Shown in pieces: positions 48,007 through 61,889 of a stretch of 64,000 bases of DNA (its first letter is position 1; each line of letters opens with the position of its first letter). Origin of the DNA: Polyangiales bacterium (GTDB lineage: Bacteria > Myxococcota_A > Polyangia > Polyangiales > Ga0077539); NCBI GenBank assembly GCA_044229975.1, contig JBGARZ010000010.1:160001-224000 (forward strand). The letters run 5' to 3'. The translations under genes and the position numbers were made by a program. The notes below the pieces were generated by a model that searched no databases, was not told the origin of the DNA, and saw only the letters and a list, made by a program, of their open reading frames with translations.

Positions 48007-49647
48007 TCAGATGGAGACGCCGGTCTCCAGGTAGCGCGGGTTGAAGGTCTCGCACGGCCACGGGCGCTCCGGGTCGGCCTTGCGGCGGACGTTGGCGGCG
48101 TCGATGTCGGCGGACAGCGCCGCGAGGGCGTCGTGGAAGCGCGCGAAGGCGGCGCGGCCGAGGTGGTCGGCGTCGAAGACCCCGGCGGCGTCGCCGAGGT
48201 CCATGAGCTGGGGCATCTGGAGGCCCGTGAGCGCCATCACGAGCAGCGCCTGCATCGACGCCTGGATGTCGGACATCTCCTGCCCCGCGCGAATCTTGGT
48301 GCCCATGAACGTCGGGTCGAGCACGTACTCGTGCACGGTGCCGACGGCCTCGTGCAGCCCCGTCACGCTCCAGATGAACTGCGCGAGCACGTCGATGAGC
48401 GACTCCCGCGAACGCCCCGGAAACTTCACCGTGGCGGGCGCGGTGTTGAGGTGGTTCCAGAAGCCGATGACGGCGAGGTCGTCCATGACGGCCTTCTCGT
48501 CCTTCGCATACTGGCCGATGTAATCGACCACGAACGCGTGGATCACCTCGTACAGCTTCAGCGCGTCGGTGGCCCACGGAAACCGGTCGCCCATCCCCGC
48601 GGCCTTCTTGTGCTCGATGAGCTGCGGCACCGTGTAGAAGCGCATGAGCCCGACCGCGTCGCCGAAGGCGTGCGTGAGGGCGTCGTATTCGAGCGCGCTC
48701 GACCGGTGCACGAACCCGCGCTCGGGGCACAGCGTGTCGCACGCCCCGGCGTTGATGGTGATGGTCCGCCAGGTGAAGGGCTTGAGCAGCAGCCGCAGGT
48801 AGTGCGTGGGCGGCAGCTTGATGCGCGCCGCGGTGGTCACGTAGTTGGCGATGATCCAGTGCACGCCGACGAGGTGATCGACCACCGTGGTGCCGACCAT
48901 CAACGAGCACCGCCAGGCCCACTTCGCGTGCTCCCACTCCCGGTTGATCGGCTGCCCCGGCTTCGGGGGATGGACCCACCGCTTCCCTTCGCTCCAGAAG
49001 ATCGCGATGGGCTTCTGGTCGGCGTCGAAGACCGCGCGCGCCCCGTAGTGCTCGAAGCCGTCGCGAACCTTGTACCGCGAGAGGAAGGTCAGGTCGTGCT
49101 GCCACGTCGCGCCGACGAGCTCCCTGGCGGGGTCGTCCGTGGCCTGCTTGTAGGGCAGCAGTCGCAGCGCGGCGAGCCCGGCAAACGCGAGCCGCGACAT
49201 GGCGGCGTCGGACTGCATCTCGTCCCAGTGGTGGTACGGCCGGGCCATGTACGAGCCGAGCGGCAGAACCTTCTGGAAGGTGTCGCGCGCCTCTTCCGCG
49301 CTCCCCCACCGCTCCTTCGGGTCGGTCACCGGGAAGAAGTAGTTGTTGCGCAGCAGCCACAGGAAGGCGCGCCGCTTCCAGTCGGCCGCGGGCCAGTCCT
49401 CATCCTCCTTGGGGAGTTGCAGCCGGTTGTCGTCGCTGCCGAAGGGCATCGGCAGGAGATCGGTCTTGCCCGACAGGCGCGGCGGCCGGACCTTGTCGAC
49501 CGTGGGCAGGTCGCTCTTCCACTGCTTGATCGCCCCTTTGATCATCTTGAGGAACAGCCGCGTGTGGCGGTCGAGCTTCTTCACGCGAACCGACGCGGCG
49601 CCGTAGGTGATGGCGGCGTCCGTGGTGGCGAGGGCGGCGGTGGACAT
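48007..49647 (-). CDS. Lipoxygenase (atypical)
   Basis: WEHAK, DHLVGVH, LLKPFTWRTITINAGA, VTGLHEAVG, C-terminal GVSI ending in the Ile metal ligand. Confidence 0.85.
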   Translation of the reverse strand: MSTAALATTDAAITYGAASVRVKKLDRHTRLFLKMIKGAIKQWKSDLPTVDKVRPPRLSGKTDLLPMPFGSDDNRLQLPKEDEDWPAADWKRRAFLWLLRNNYFFPVTDPKERWGSAEEARDTFQKVLPLGSYMARPYHHWDEMQSDAAMSRLAFAGLAALRLLPYKQATDDPARELVGATWQHDLTFLSRYKVRDGFEHYGARAVFDADQKPIAIFWSEGKRWVHPPKPGQPINREWEHAKWAWRCSLMVGTTVVDHLVGVHWIIANYVTTAARIKLPPTHYLRLLLKPFTWRTITINAGACDTLCPERGFVHRSSALEYDALTHAFGDAVGLMRFYTVPQLIEHKKAAGMGDRFPWATDALKLYEVIHAFVVDYIGQYAKDEKAVMDDLAVIGFWNHLNTAPATVKFPGRSRESLIDVLAQFIWSVTGLHEAVGTVHEYVLDPTFMGTKIRAGQEMSDIQASMQALLVMALTGLQMPQLMDLGDAAGVFDADHLGRAAFARFHDALAALSADIDAANVRRKADPERPWPCETFNPRYLETGVSI

Positions 49648-49670
49648 ACCGCCCACTGTATCAAAGGTCG

Positions 49671-51536
49671 CTACCGCACCAGCACCTGCGGGTGCGCGAA
49701 CAACGCCACCCCGTCCACCCGCACCGTGACCTGGTGCAGTCCCGCGGCGAGCCCGCGCGCCGTCGCGGTGTATGTGCCGTTGCCCTCGTCGCTCACCGTC
49801 AGCGCCACGTCACCGGGCGCCATCGTCACCGCGACCCGGTGTCCCCCGCCCAGCAGTCCACCGTCGGGTCGCGCGGGCCGCACCGTCACCCGCGCATCAC
49901 CGCCCGCCGCCACCATCGGCGGCTCCACCGTCAGCCAACGGGGCTCTTCCACCACGACCTCGGCGCCCGCCAGCACGGGCCCGGAGCGCTGCACATAGCC
50001 GTCGGGCCAGCGCACCTCCACGGACTCTGCGCGGGGCCAGCCCGCGAGCCCGTACACCAGCCGGTGCTCGCCGTAGCCCCACGGCGCGCCGCCGCTCTGC
50101 ATCTCCTGCACGAGCAGCCGCGACCCGACGCGCGCGCTCACCTTCGCGCCGACGCCTTCGGAGTTGGAGACGGTTCCGCGCAGGCGCACCGCGAACGATC
50201 GCCCGCCCACCACCTCGTTGCGCAGGAGGCGCGGGGCCATGCTGGTTCCGCCCATCCAGTAGTCGGTGCGGCCGTCGCGATCGAGGTCGCTGCCAGTCAC
50301 CCAGAAGCTCGTGTACGTGCCCACCTGATGCAGCAGCGGCGTCGCCTCGGTGAACACCCCGTCGCCGCGGTTGTGCCGCAGAAACGCCGTCGGTGGTGTG
50401 TAGAACCCGTCGGTTACGCCGACGGCGACGACGAGGTCGGGCCAGGTGTCGTTGTCGTAGTCGGCGAAGCTCGCCCCGAAGGCCACGGTCTCGGCCTCGG
50501 AGGGGTGCAGCATCGGGAGGTCGATGCCCGCCTGCGCCGCGACGTCCACGCGTCCACCGCGGTGCGTGTAGAGGTGCTGCGGACCGATATCCAACAGGTA
50601 CAGGTCGAGCTTCGCGTCGCCGTCGACGTCGGCGGAGGCCGCGCCCATGAGGGCCGCGGGGTTGTACTCGGGGCCGAAGTAGAGCCGGTCGAAGGTCTCC
50701 TCGACGTAGGGCCGCGACGACGACGACGAGGTGCGATGCAGGTAGCGCGCGGGCGGCCCGAGCTGCTCGTCGAAGAGCAGGAAGAGGTCGGTCAGCCCGT
50801 CGTCATCGACGTCCATGAAGAAGTTGGACCAGCTCGCGCCCAGCGTCTCGCCGAAGGTCTCGGTCATGGATTCGACCCAGGTTCCGTCCGGGCGGCTCAG
50901 GTACATCCGCACGGGCGCGTCGGCGTCGAGCACGTGGCGCGTGACGAGGTCGAGGCGGCCGTCGAGGTTGATGTCCGAGAGGTCGACGCCGGAGAACATC
51001 GCGCCGCGCGTGGCGTTCCACGGACCGAAGCCCCACGCGACGCTGACGTCCTCGAAGCGGCAGTTGCCCTGGTTGCGATACACCCGCAGCTCGGGGCGAA
51101 ACGGGCCCATTCCCCCCATCTGCGCGCGGACGAACTCCGACGCGCTGATGGACACGATGAGGTCGGGTCGTCCGTCGTTGTCGAGGTCGCCGAAGGCCGC
51201 GGCGGTCGGTCCCTCGCGGTCGGCGCCGGGCAGCGCTCCGAGAGACTCGAAGTGGAAGTTGCCGGTGTTGCGCCAGAGCACGCCGCGGCTGCTCCACCCG
51301 AAGACGTAGGCGTCGGGGAGGCCGTCGGCGTCGCAGTCCCCGATGGCCGCGGCGTTGACGGCGCCCATGCGGGGGAAGGGCCATCCGCCGATCTCGTCGA
51401 GGCGCACACCCGACGTGGCGAACTGGTCGACGAAGCCGCGCGAGTCGTCGTAGCGAACCGTCGGCGGGGCCATCGTGGCGGGCGCGTCGGAGCAGCCCGC
51501 GAGGGCGGCGAGCAGGAGGGCGGACCTACGCCTCAT
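49671..51536 (-). CDS. CRTAC1-like FG-GAP repeat / ASPIC-UnbV lipoprotein
   Basis: LAGC lipobox; repeated DxDxDGxxD; LRNE, SNSEGVGAKV, VEVRWPDG. Confidence 0.88.
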   Translation of the reverse strand: MRRRSALLLAALAGCSDAPATMAPPTVRYDDSRGFVDQFATSGVRLDEIGGWPFPRMGAVNAAAIGDCDADGLPDAYVFGWSSRGVLWRNTGNFHFESLGALPGADREGPTAAAFGDLDNDGRPDLIVSISASEFVRAQMGGMGPFRPELRVYRNQGNCRFEDVSVAWGFGPWNATRGAMFSGVDLSDINLDGRLDLVTRHVLDADAPVRMYLSRPDGTWVESMTETFGETLGASWSNFFMDVDDDGLTDLFLLFDEQLGPPARYLHRTSSSSSRPYVEETFDRLYFGPEYNPAALMGAASADVDGDAKLDLYLLDIGPQHLYTHRGGRVDVAAQAGIDLPMLHPSEAETVAFGASFADYDNDTWPDLVVAVGVTDGFYTPPTAFLRHNRGDGVFTEATPLLHQVGTYTSFWVTGSDLDRDGRTDYWMGGTSMAPRLLRNEVVGGRSFAVRLRGTVSNSEGVGAKVSARVGSRLLVQEMQSGGAPWGYGEHRLVYGLAGWPRAESVEVRWPDGYVQRSGPVLAGAEVVVEEPRWLTVEPPMVAAGGDARVTVRPARPDGGLLGGGHRVAVTMAPGDVALTVSDEGNGTYTATARGLAAGLHQVTVRVDGVALFAHPQVLVR

Positions 51537-52512
51537 GCGCGACGGCTCCGGGCGTGAGCGGGAGCTTGCGGAAGTACGCCACGAGGAAGCCCAGGTAGCT
51601 GCGTCGCACCTCCACGTCGGGTCGTCCCGCGAGCAGGGGTTGGAGTCGGGGGAGGTTGTAGTAGGGCACGTACGGCCACAGGTGGTGCTCCGCGTGGAGG
51701 TTGAGATGGTAGGGCGAGAACAGCGCCCGCTCGACGGCTCCCGGCGCGAAGGTGATGAGGCGCAGCGGGTCGGCCGCCGCGTCGGGCAGCACCGGCACCG
51801 CGTGCTCGCAAAACATCCTGATCTTGTGCGGAACAAACACCAGCGGATAGACCGGCGCGATCCAGAACGCGAGGTAGTACCAGGCCGGGAAGCGCGACCA
51901 GATGGCGAGGAAGATCATCGCCTGCGCCGCGAGCGTTGCACCTCGCCGTCGAACGAATCCCTTGAGCGCCTCGGCGAAGGGCGTCGGAGTCGAGGGACCG
52001 GCGCCGCCGTGGAGGGCCTTGTGTAGAGCGCGCGGAAACATGGTGAGCCCGGTGAGGAAGAGCACGAAGTCGAGGCGCGTGGACTTGTCGACGACCGAGT
52101 AGAGGTAGCGGTCGGGGTCGTCCTCGGTGGCGAGGAGCTGGTGGTGACGCCCGTGGTTCTTGCGCTCGCCGTGGAAGTCGACGCCGACCGGGGCGCAGAG
52201 CGCAGCCTGGGCGAAGAGGTCGTTGGTGCGGCGGCGCGCGAAGAGCGTGCGGTGGTCGCCCTCGTGGGTGAGCACCGACAGCGCGTACTGCCGGTTGCCG
52301 ATGACGAGGAAGGCGACGACGGCGCTCCACCACGTCGGCGCGCGAGCGAGCAGGACGAAGGCGAGGAGGATGGTCGCGTAGCAGAGGGCGGTGTCGGCGA
52401 CGACGCGCCACGGGCGATGCTGGAGCACCTCGCGGAGGAGAGGACTGCCCGGTGGGAGCAGCCGTCGGCCGAGGGCCTCGGGGTCGAGCACCGCAGGTGG
52501 CAATCGGCTCAC
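51526..52512 (-). CDS. Membrane fatty acid desaturase family protein
   Basis: His boxes HEGDH, HGRHH, EH, HAEHHLWP.VPYYNLP; GTGA overlap with radical SAM stop. Confidence 0.9.
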   Translation of the reverse strand: MSRLPPAVLDPEALGRRLLPPGSPLLREVLQHRPWRVVADTALCYATILLAFVLLARAPTWWSAVVAFLVIGNRQYALSVLTHEGDHRTLFARRRTNDLFAQAALCAPVGVDFHGERKNHGRHHQLLATEDDPDRYLYSVVDKSTRLDFVLFLTGLTMFPRALHKALHGGAGPSTPTPFAEALKGFVRRRGATLAAQAMIFLAIWSRFPAWYYLAFWIAPVYPLVFVPHKIRMFCEHAVPVLPDAAADPLRLITFAPGAVERALFSPYHLNLHAEHHLWPYVPYYNLPRLQPLLAGRPDVEVRRSYLGFLVAYFRKLPLTPGAVAHEA

Positions 52513-53633
52513 GAGTGCCGCCCGAGCAGCGCCCCGACGCGCCCGGTGAAGGAGTCGTAGAGGCGGCTCATCTCGACGAGGTCGAGGTTGCGCGCGTACG
52601 ACGACTCCCAGCACATGCAGCCGTAGTCGCGGGACTGCATGTGCTCGCGCGCTTCGTTCGCGCGGTGGGCCCGCCAGAGGTCGTCGAGCTCGGCGTCGAC
52701 GAGGCTCCCGATGTGCGAGTCGGCGCGGCCGTGGCAGAGCTTCACCGCGCCGTTGGCCTCCACCACCGCCGTCGTCGCCGGAACCAACAGACACCGGAAC
52801 CCGATGTCCTTCTGGAGCGCCTCGCGCTCGAAGACGTAGCGCGGCAGCAGGTCGTAGTAGCGGCCCGCGAGGAAGGGGTGGCGCGCGCGCAGCGCGGCGT
52901 AGGCGCGCTCGAACTCCGGGCGGTCTTCGGGGCGGAAGAGGCAGCTCCGGTCGCGCACCTGATGGAGCCCGTTGTCCTGGATGATCTGGAAGAGAACGTT
53001 GTCCGCGTGCTCGCTCCAGTGGTCGATGAAGGCGTCGAGATCGCGGTAGTTGTGGCGGTTGATGGTGCAGCGCACCTGCACCCGCGGCCCGTCGGTCGTG
53101 CGTCGCGCGCGCAGCTCGTCGGCGGCCTTCTCGACGCGGTCGAAGAGCCCGGCGCGCCCGCGGAAGGCGTCGTGCTTCGCGGCCTCGGCGGCGTCGACGC
53201 TGAGGGTCACCACGTCGATGCCCGCGTCGAGCACGGCGTCGACGTGGCGCCCGAGGCGGTCGCCGCTGGTTCCGATGAAGACGCGCTTGCCGCCGTCCTT
53301 CAAGGTGCGCGCGAGCTCGAACACTCCATCGACCAGGAGCGGTTCGCCGCCGATGAGGGACACGCCCCAGGCGTCGCTCGCGGCCAGCTTGCGGGCGACG
53401 GTGAGACGTTGCGCGCGGGTGAGCTCGTCGGGGAGCGGGCGGTTCATGGAGCAGTGGGCGCAGGCGAGGTTGCACGCCTCGGTGACGGCCCAGCTCAGGA
53501 AGACGGGGTTCTTCGCGCGCAGCACCGGCAGCGCGGTGCTGGCGATGTTGCGGGCCAGCGGAACAAGCGCTGGACCGAGGTCGCCGAGGGTGACGCCCGT
53601 GGTCGTGGGGGTGGTTCTCTGGCGGGGCGACAT
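52509..53633 (-). CDS. Radical SAM protein with Twitch/SPASM-like C-terminus
   Basis: CNLACAHC, GGEPLL, HDAFRG, C...NGAVKLC...IGSL...CMC. Confidence 0.9.
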   Translation of the reverse strand: MSPRQRTTPTTTGVTLGDLGPALVPLARNIASTALPVLRAKNPVFLSWAVTEACNLACAHCSMNRPLPDELTRAQRLTVARKLAASDAWGVSLIGGEPLLVDGVFELARTLKDGGKRVFIGTSGDRLGRHVDAVLDAGIDVVTLSVDAAEAAKHDAFRGRAGLFDRVEKAADELRARRTTDGPRVQVRCTINRHNYRDLDAFIDHWSEHADNVLFQIIQDNGLHQVRDRSCLFRPEDRPEFERAYAALRARHPFLAGRYYDLLPRYVFEREALQKDIGFRCLLVPATTAVVEANGAVKLCHGRADSHIGSLVDAELDDLWRAHRANEAREHMQSRDYGCMCWESSYARNLDLVEMSRLYDSFTGRVGALLGRHS

Positions 53634-53723
53634 CGGGGGTGCTTCTGCCGGAGTCTCGACGCTCGCACGCATCGGGGCGGCGAGGCAACGACCGCCGTGG
53701 GCGTAGCTGCGCTGACGCGGTCC

Positions 53724-54527
53724 ATGGGAGACTCCGCGGCGCCCATGCGCGAGATGACCCCCGTCGAGCGGATCAAGCCGCCGTCCCCGGAGGAGTTCGA
53801 GGAGCGCTACGTGCGCCCGTCCCGTCCGGTGATCTTGCGCGGCGCCATCGACCACTGGCCTGCGCTGCGGTGCTGGTCGCGCGACTACTTCAAGCGCCGC
53901 TTCGGCGACCGCAGCGTGCCGGTCATCCGCAAGAAGGGCGGAGCGATGTACGACGCCAGCGCGGGGCTCTTCTACGAGCGCATGCGCGTGGCGGACTACG
54001 TCGACCAGCTCACCGAGGCGCGGCCGAGCGACCTGTACATGGTGTTTCGGGTGCACGAGGTGCTGCCGGAGATCTTCGACGACATCGCGCGCCCGGCGTA
54101 CTGCCATGACGCGAGCTGGTACCGCGCGCGGTTCTGGTTTGCGGCGCCCGACACCAAGGGGCCGCTGCACCGCGACCTGCCCGAAAACCTCTACGCGCAG
54201 GTGTCGGGTCACAAGCAGTTCGTGATGATCGACCGTCGGCTCACACGGATGGTGCACCGTCATGCGTTCTACTCGGGCGTTCCCAACTACAGCCCGGTGG
54301 ACGCCGAGGAGCCCGACCTGCTGCGCCACCCGCGCTTCCGTGACGCTCCGCGGATGCTGGCCACGCTGGAGCCCGGCGACCTCTTCTACATCCCGAGCAT
54401 GTGGTGGCACCAGGCGCACTCCCTCGACCTGAGCCTCTCGGTGAACCTCTGGTGGGCCCGCGGCTGGATGGTGCCGGTGGTGAGGGCGGCGGAGGCGTTC
54501 ATGAAGGTGCGCGACCTGAAGCTGTGA
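53724..54527 (+). CDS. JmjC/cupin_8 Fe(II)/2-oxoglutarate dioxygenase
   Basis: RPVILRG, LHRD, NLYAQVSGHK, LEPGDLFYIPSMWWH, SVNLW. Confidence 0.9.
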   Translation: MGDSAAPMREMTPVERIKPPSPEEFEERYVRPSRPVILRGAIDHWPALRCWSRDYFKRRFGDRSVPVIRKKGGAMYDASAGLFYERMRVADYVDQLTEARPSDLYMVFRVHEVLPEIFDDIARPAYCHDASWYRARFWFAAPDTKGPLHRDLPENLYAQVSGHKQFVMIDRRLTRMVHRHAFYSGVPNYSPVDAEEPDLLRHPRFRDAPRMLATLEPGDLFYIPSMWWHQAHSLDLSLSVNLWWARGWMVPVVRAAEAFMKVRDLKL

Positions 54528-55306
54528 GGTCCGCGACGCTGATCCCCCGCACCGCCGCCCCCACCGCGGAGCGCTTCGAGCGCGACCACCGCGCGCCTGG
54601 CCGCCCGGTGGTGCTCACCGACCTCCTCGACGGCGTGGCCCTCCGCGGCGCCCTCGACCTCGCCCGACTGCGCGAGCAACACGGTGCGTCTGCGGTTCCC
54701 GTTGCGCGCATGCGCGGCGATGACCTCGTCGTCGACCCGGCCCGCGGCATCGCGCAGGACCCCGTCGCGCTCGGTGACTTCCTCGACGGCCTCGCCGCCG
54801 GCGCCTCGCGCGGCTACCTCATGGCGCGCGCCGAACAGCTCCCACCCGCGCTCCGTCGCGAGCTCGTGGCGCCGCGGTATTGCGACGGCGCTCCGTGGGT
54901 CGTCTCCAAGCTCTGGGTGGCCTCCGCGGACACCGTGTCGGCGCTCCACCGCGACCTCGCCGACAACCTCCATACGGTGGTCGATGGCGAGAAGCTCTTC
55001 ACCCTCGTCTCGCCCTCACAGGACGATCGGGTGTATCCGCACGGCCTGCTCGCGGGGCTGCCCAACGCGGCGCGCGTCGACCTCGATCGGCCCGACTACG
55101 AGCGCCATCCCCGCTCGCGCGCCATCGAGACGGTGACGGCGCGGCTCTCTCCCGGCGAGACCATCTTCATCCCGCACGGGTGGTGGCACCACGTCCGGAC
55201 GGTGCGCGGCAGCGTCTCCATCAACACCTGGTGGGCGCGCGGAACCCGCCTCCCCATCGTGGCGCTCGCCGACTGGTTCAAGCGGGTGCGCGGGCTCAGC
55301 CGCTAG
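54524..55306 (+). CDS. Second JmjC/cupin_8 dioxygenase (paralog)
   Basis: GTGA overlap; LHRD, GEKLF, PGETIFIPHGWWHHV, SINTWW. Confidence 0.9.
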   Translation: MRSATLIPRTAAPTAERFERDHRAPGRPVVLTDLLDGVALRGALDLARLREQHGASAVPVARMRGDDLVVDPARGIAQDPVALGDFLDGLAAGASRGYLMARAEQLPPALRRELVAPRYCDGAPWVVSKLWVASADTVSALHRDLADNLHTVVDGEKLFTLVSPSQDDRVYPHGLLAGLPNAARVDLDRPDYERHPRSRAIETVTARLSPGETIFIPHGWWHHVRTVRGSVSINTWWARGTRLPIVALADWFKRVRGLSR

Positions 55307-56337
55307 CGCTGTGCTGCTCGCGCGACGGTGAGCTCGCGCTGGACGGCGTCGATCATCTCGGAGGTGGTGAGCTCGGCGCCGCGGCGGCTCCAGTGGCGAT
55401 CGCGGTCGACGAAGTAGCTGTTGGGCCCGCGCGGCGTCCAGATGCGCTCGACCGGGACGCCCCGCTGCCGGAGCTGCTCCATGAGATAGGGGTAGGCCTC
55501 GCAGCCCGGGGTTGCGTCGTCCAGCAGGAAGAACAGCGACCGCACGTTGGTCGCCTGCATGTTGCGCAGGTACTGGTCGACCTTGGCGATGAGCTGCGCG
55601 CGCGGCACCGGCGGCGACTCCCCGCGCTCGCGGTTGTGCACATAGAACATCAGCCGCGCCAGGTTGGAGCGGTCGATGAGCCACTTCCACACGCGGCTGC
55701 GCGGCACGAGCACGCGGGTGTAGTCGAACTGCTCGGTGAGGTGCCACGGGCGCACGAGCATCACCATGAGCCGCGGCTGCTTCACCGGTCGCACGAGCTC
55801 TGCGGTGCGAAAGGTCTGCACGATGTGCTGCCCGATCACCCCGCAGTTGCCCACGCTGATGCCCGCGAACCCCCTCGCGCGGAGCTGCGTCTGCAACATC
55901 GCCGAGACGGTGTCTTCGGCCGGGACGAGCATGCCGAAGCCCTGCGAGCTGCCGAGCACGACGACCTCGGAGGTCTCGGGAATCGGGCCCGTGGAGGGCG
56001 CGCGGCAACCCGCCTCGTCGATGCGATAGAGCGTGTACCCGGGGGGCGGAGGCGCCGTGACCGGGCGCGTCGGGTCGCCGAGGTGGATGAGGTCGAGCAC
56101 CACGTAGAGGGGCGCGCGCCAGACGTCGGCCTTGGCGTGTCCGAGCCACGTCCCGGGGGTGCTCTCGTAGACGAGCTCGCGGTCGCGGGAGGGCCGCAGG
56201 ATGCGGTTGGGCCGCGCGACGAACTGCCCCGCCAGCACCTCCAGCACCACCAGCATCGCGAGGAGCGACAGGGGCCAGCGCAGCCTGCGTCGCCAGCTCT
56301 TGGGTCGGGGGGCGGTGGCCTCGGCGGTCGACGACAC
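55303..56337 (-). CDS. Membrane-anchored SGNH-like protein
   Basis: Single N-terminal TM; VVVLGSSQGFG, NCGVIG, DRHWS..G; start uncertain (56337 or 56373). Confidence 0.65.
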   Translation of the reverse strand: MSSTAEATAPRPKSWRRRLRWPLSLLAMLVVLEVLAGQFVARPNRILRPSRDRELVYESTPGTWLGHAKADVWRAPLYVVLDLIHLGDPTRPVTAPPPPGYTLYRIDEAGCRAPSTGPIPETSEVVVLGSSQGFGMLVPAEDTVSAMLQTQLRARGFAGISVGNCGVIGQHIVQTFRTAELVRPVKQPRLMVMLVRPWHLTEQFDYTRVLVPRSRVWKWLIDRSNLARLMFYVHNRERGESPPVPRAQLIAKVDQYLRNMQATNVRSLFFLLDDATPGCEAYPYLMEQLRQRGVPVERIWTPRGPNSYFVDRDRHWSRRGAELTTSEMIDAVQRELTVARAAQR

Positions 56338-56407
56338 CCGGCGTTGGTAGCCCGCGGGTCGAGAGACGGTCAATCACGCGGAGAGTTGCGGTAGAGTCCG
56401 CGCCATC

Positions 56408-57816
<1,409 letters not shown>

Positions 57817-57820
<4 letters not shown>

Positions 57821-58515
57821 CGCGGTGGGCTCCACTGGGCGCCGCGCTGTGGCTGCTGACGGCCTGCGAGAAGAACGACCCTCCGCGACCCTCCACTCCG
57901 ACGCCACCCGCACCGACCGTCGCCCGCGACGCGGGCTCTGCGCGCGTCGACGCGGGTGCACCCGACGCGGGCTCGACCGAGCGCGTGGTGGCGCGCATTC
58001 GCATCAAGAACGTCGACACCCTTCCCCTGCACATCCTCACCAACCCGGACATCAACGAGATGCTGCACGCGCACCGGGTGCGGGCTTCGTCCGACCGGGC
58101 GGCGCTCTACGCGGGAGGCCCGCGCGTCGACCGGGTGAAGGCCTTCGCGGTGGGTCAGATGGCGCTCTGCACGGCCGACGCGGGCGTCGGGTACGGCGGC
58201 CTCGGTCAGCCGGGGGAGATCACCCTGGCGCCGGGCGACAGCTTCGAGGCGGGGCGCTGGGACGGCATCCTGCGCGAAGAGATCAACGACCCGCTGCGGG
58301 GCGTGTGCGCGCGGGAGTTCGCGCCGGTGCCGGCGTTCTACCGCTTCCAGCTCGATCAGCCGCAGTTGGAGGGCGCGCCGAGCTGCGTGCCTGCGGTGAC
58401 GGCGTGGCCCATCCCCGACGATGCCGGGGTACCGGTGCTGGAAATCCGTTGTCGCAACGCGCCGCGTGACGCGGGCGTGCGCGCCGCACCGAGGGTGGCC
58501 CCGACGGCGCCCTGA
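57817..58515 (+). CDS. Hypothetical lipoprotein
   Basis: LTAC lipobox; GTGA overlap with regulator stop. Confidence 0.7.
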
Positions 58516-58599
58516 CCGGGGGTGTCGCTGCCTGACGGCGCTCTGCCCTGTCGCAAAGCAGCGCTCCCATTCGAACGACGTTCGGGCACTATCCGGCGC

Positions 58600-61287
<2,688 letters not shown>

Positions 61288-61293
61288 CGGGCC

Positions 61294-61365
61294 GGGGACG
61301 GTTTCAGCTTTTCACGTTTCCCCGAACTCGATCGGGTGGATGGGTGAAAAGCTGAAACCGTCCCC
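61294..61365. repeat. 22-bp perfect inverted repeat (REP-like or terminator)
   Basis: GGGGACGGTTTCAGCTTTTCAC ... GTGAAAAGCTGAAACCGTCCCC just after a stop codon. Confidence 0.85.
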
Positions 61366-61416
61366 ACGTCTCCTCCGCTCGGGTGTACGCCTTCGGGTCG
61401 AAGGGAGAGTTCACCA

Positions 61417-61809
61417 ATGCAGGTCGAGACGCGTCGTCGGGTGCTTCGTGGGTTGCTGGGTGTCGTGCTGGTCGGGGGGATGTCGCTGGCGGGGAGCGCC
61501 GAGGCGCAGGACACCCTCCAGGTCGGTGGCATCTACGGCGCGCAGTGGGGCGCCGGGGCCATCAACCTCTCGCTCCAGCAGACCGGGGTCTGGGTCAACG
61601 GCATCTACACGGGCGGCAACGGCGTGCAGCCCGGCGCGATGGCCGGCCGCCTGACGGGCAACACGCTCGTCGGACGGTGGACCGACGCCAACAGCAGCGG
61701 CGGGTTTACGCTGGTGTTCTCGCCCGACGGCCGGGCCTTCGCGGGGACGTGGGGGCGCAGCGTCGCGTCCAACACCGACGGCGGGCCGTGGAGCGGTCGC
61801 CGCCGCTGA
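61417..61809 (+). CDS. Small secreted beta-rich hypothetical protein
   Basis: Signal peptide ending AEA; RBS GGGAGAG; GRWTD, FAGTWG, WSGRR. Confidence 0.75.
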   Translation: MQVETRRRVLRGLLGVVLVGGMSLAGSAEAQDTLQVGGIYGAQWGAGAINLSLQQTGVWVNGIYTGGNGVQPGAMAGRLTGNTLVGRWTDANSSGGFTLVFSPDGRAFAGTWGRSVASNTDGGPWSGRRR

Positions 61810-61889
61810 CGGCTCTCGCGTGGCGCGCGCGGGCGTCGTGGTAGGGTGCGGCTCCGCGGCGATTGCCCGGCGGAGGTACACCACAACCG

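Noticed and set aside
47956..49998. 680-aa plus-strand ORF
   Set aside because: Antisense shadow of the lipoxygenase
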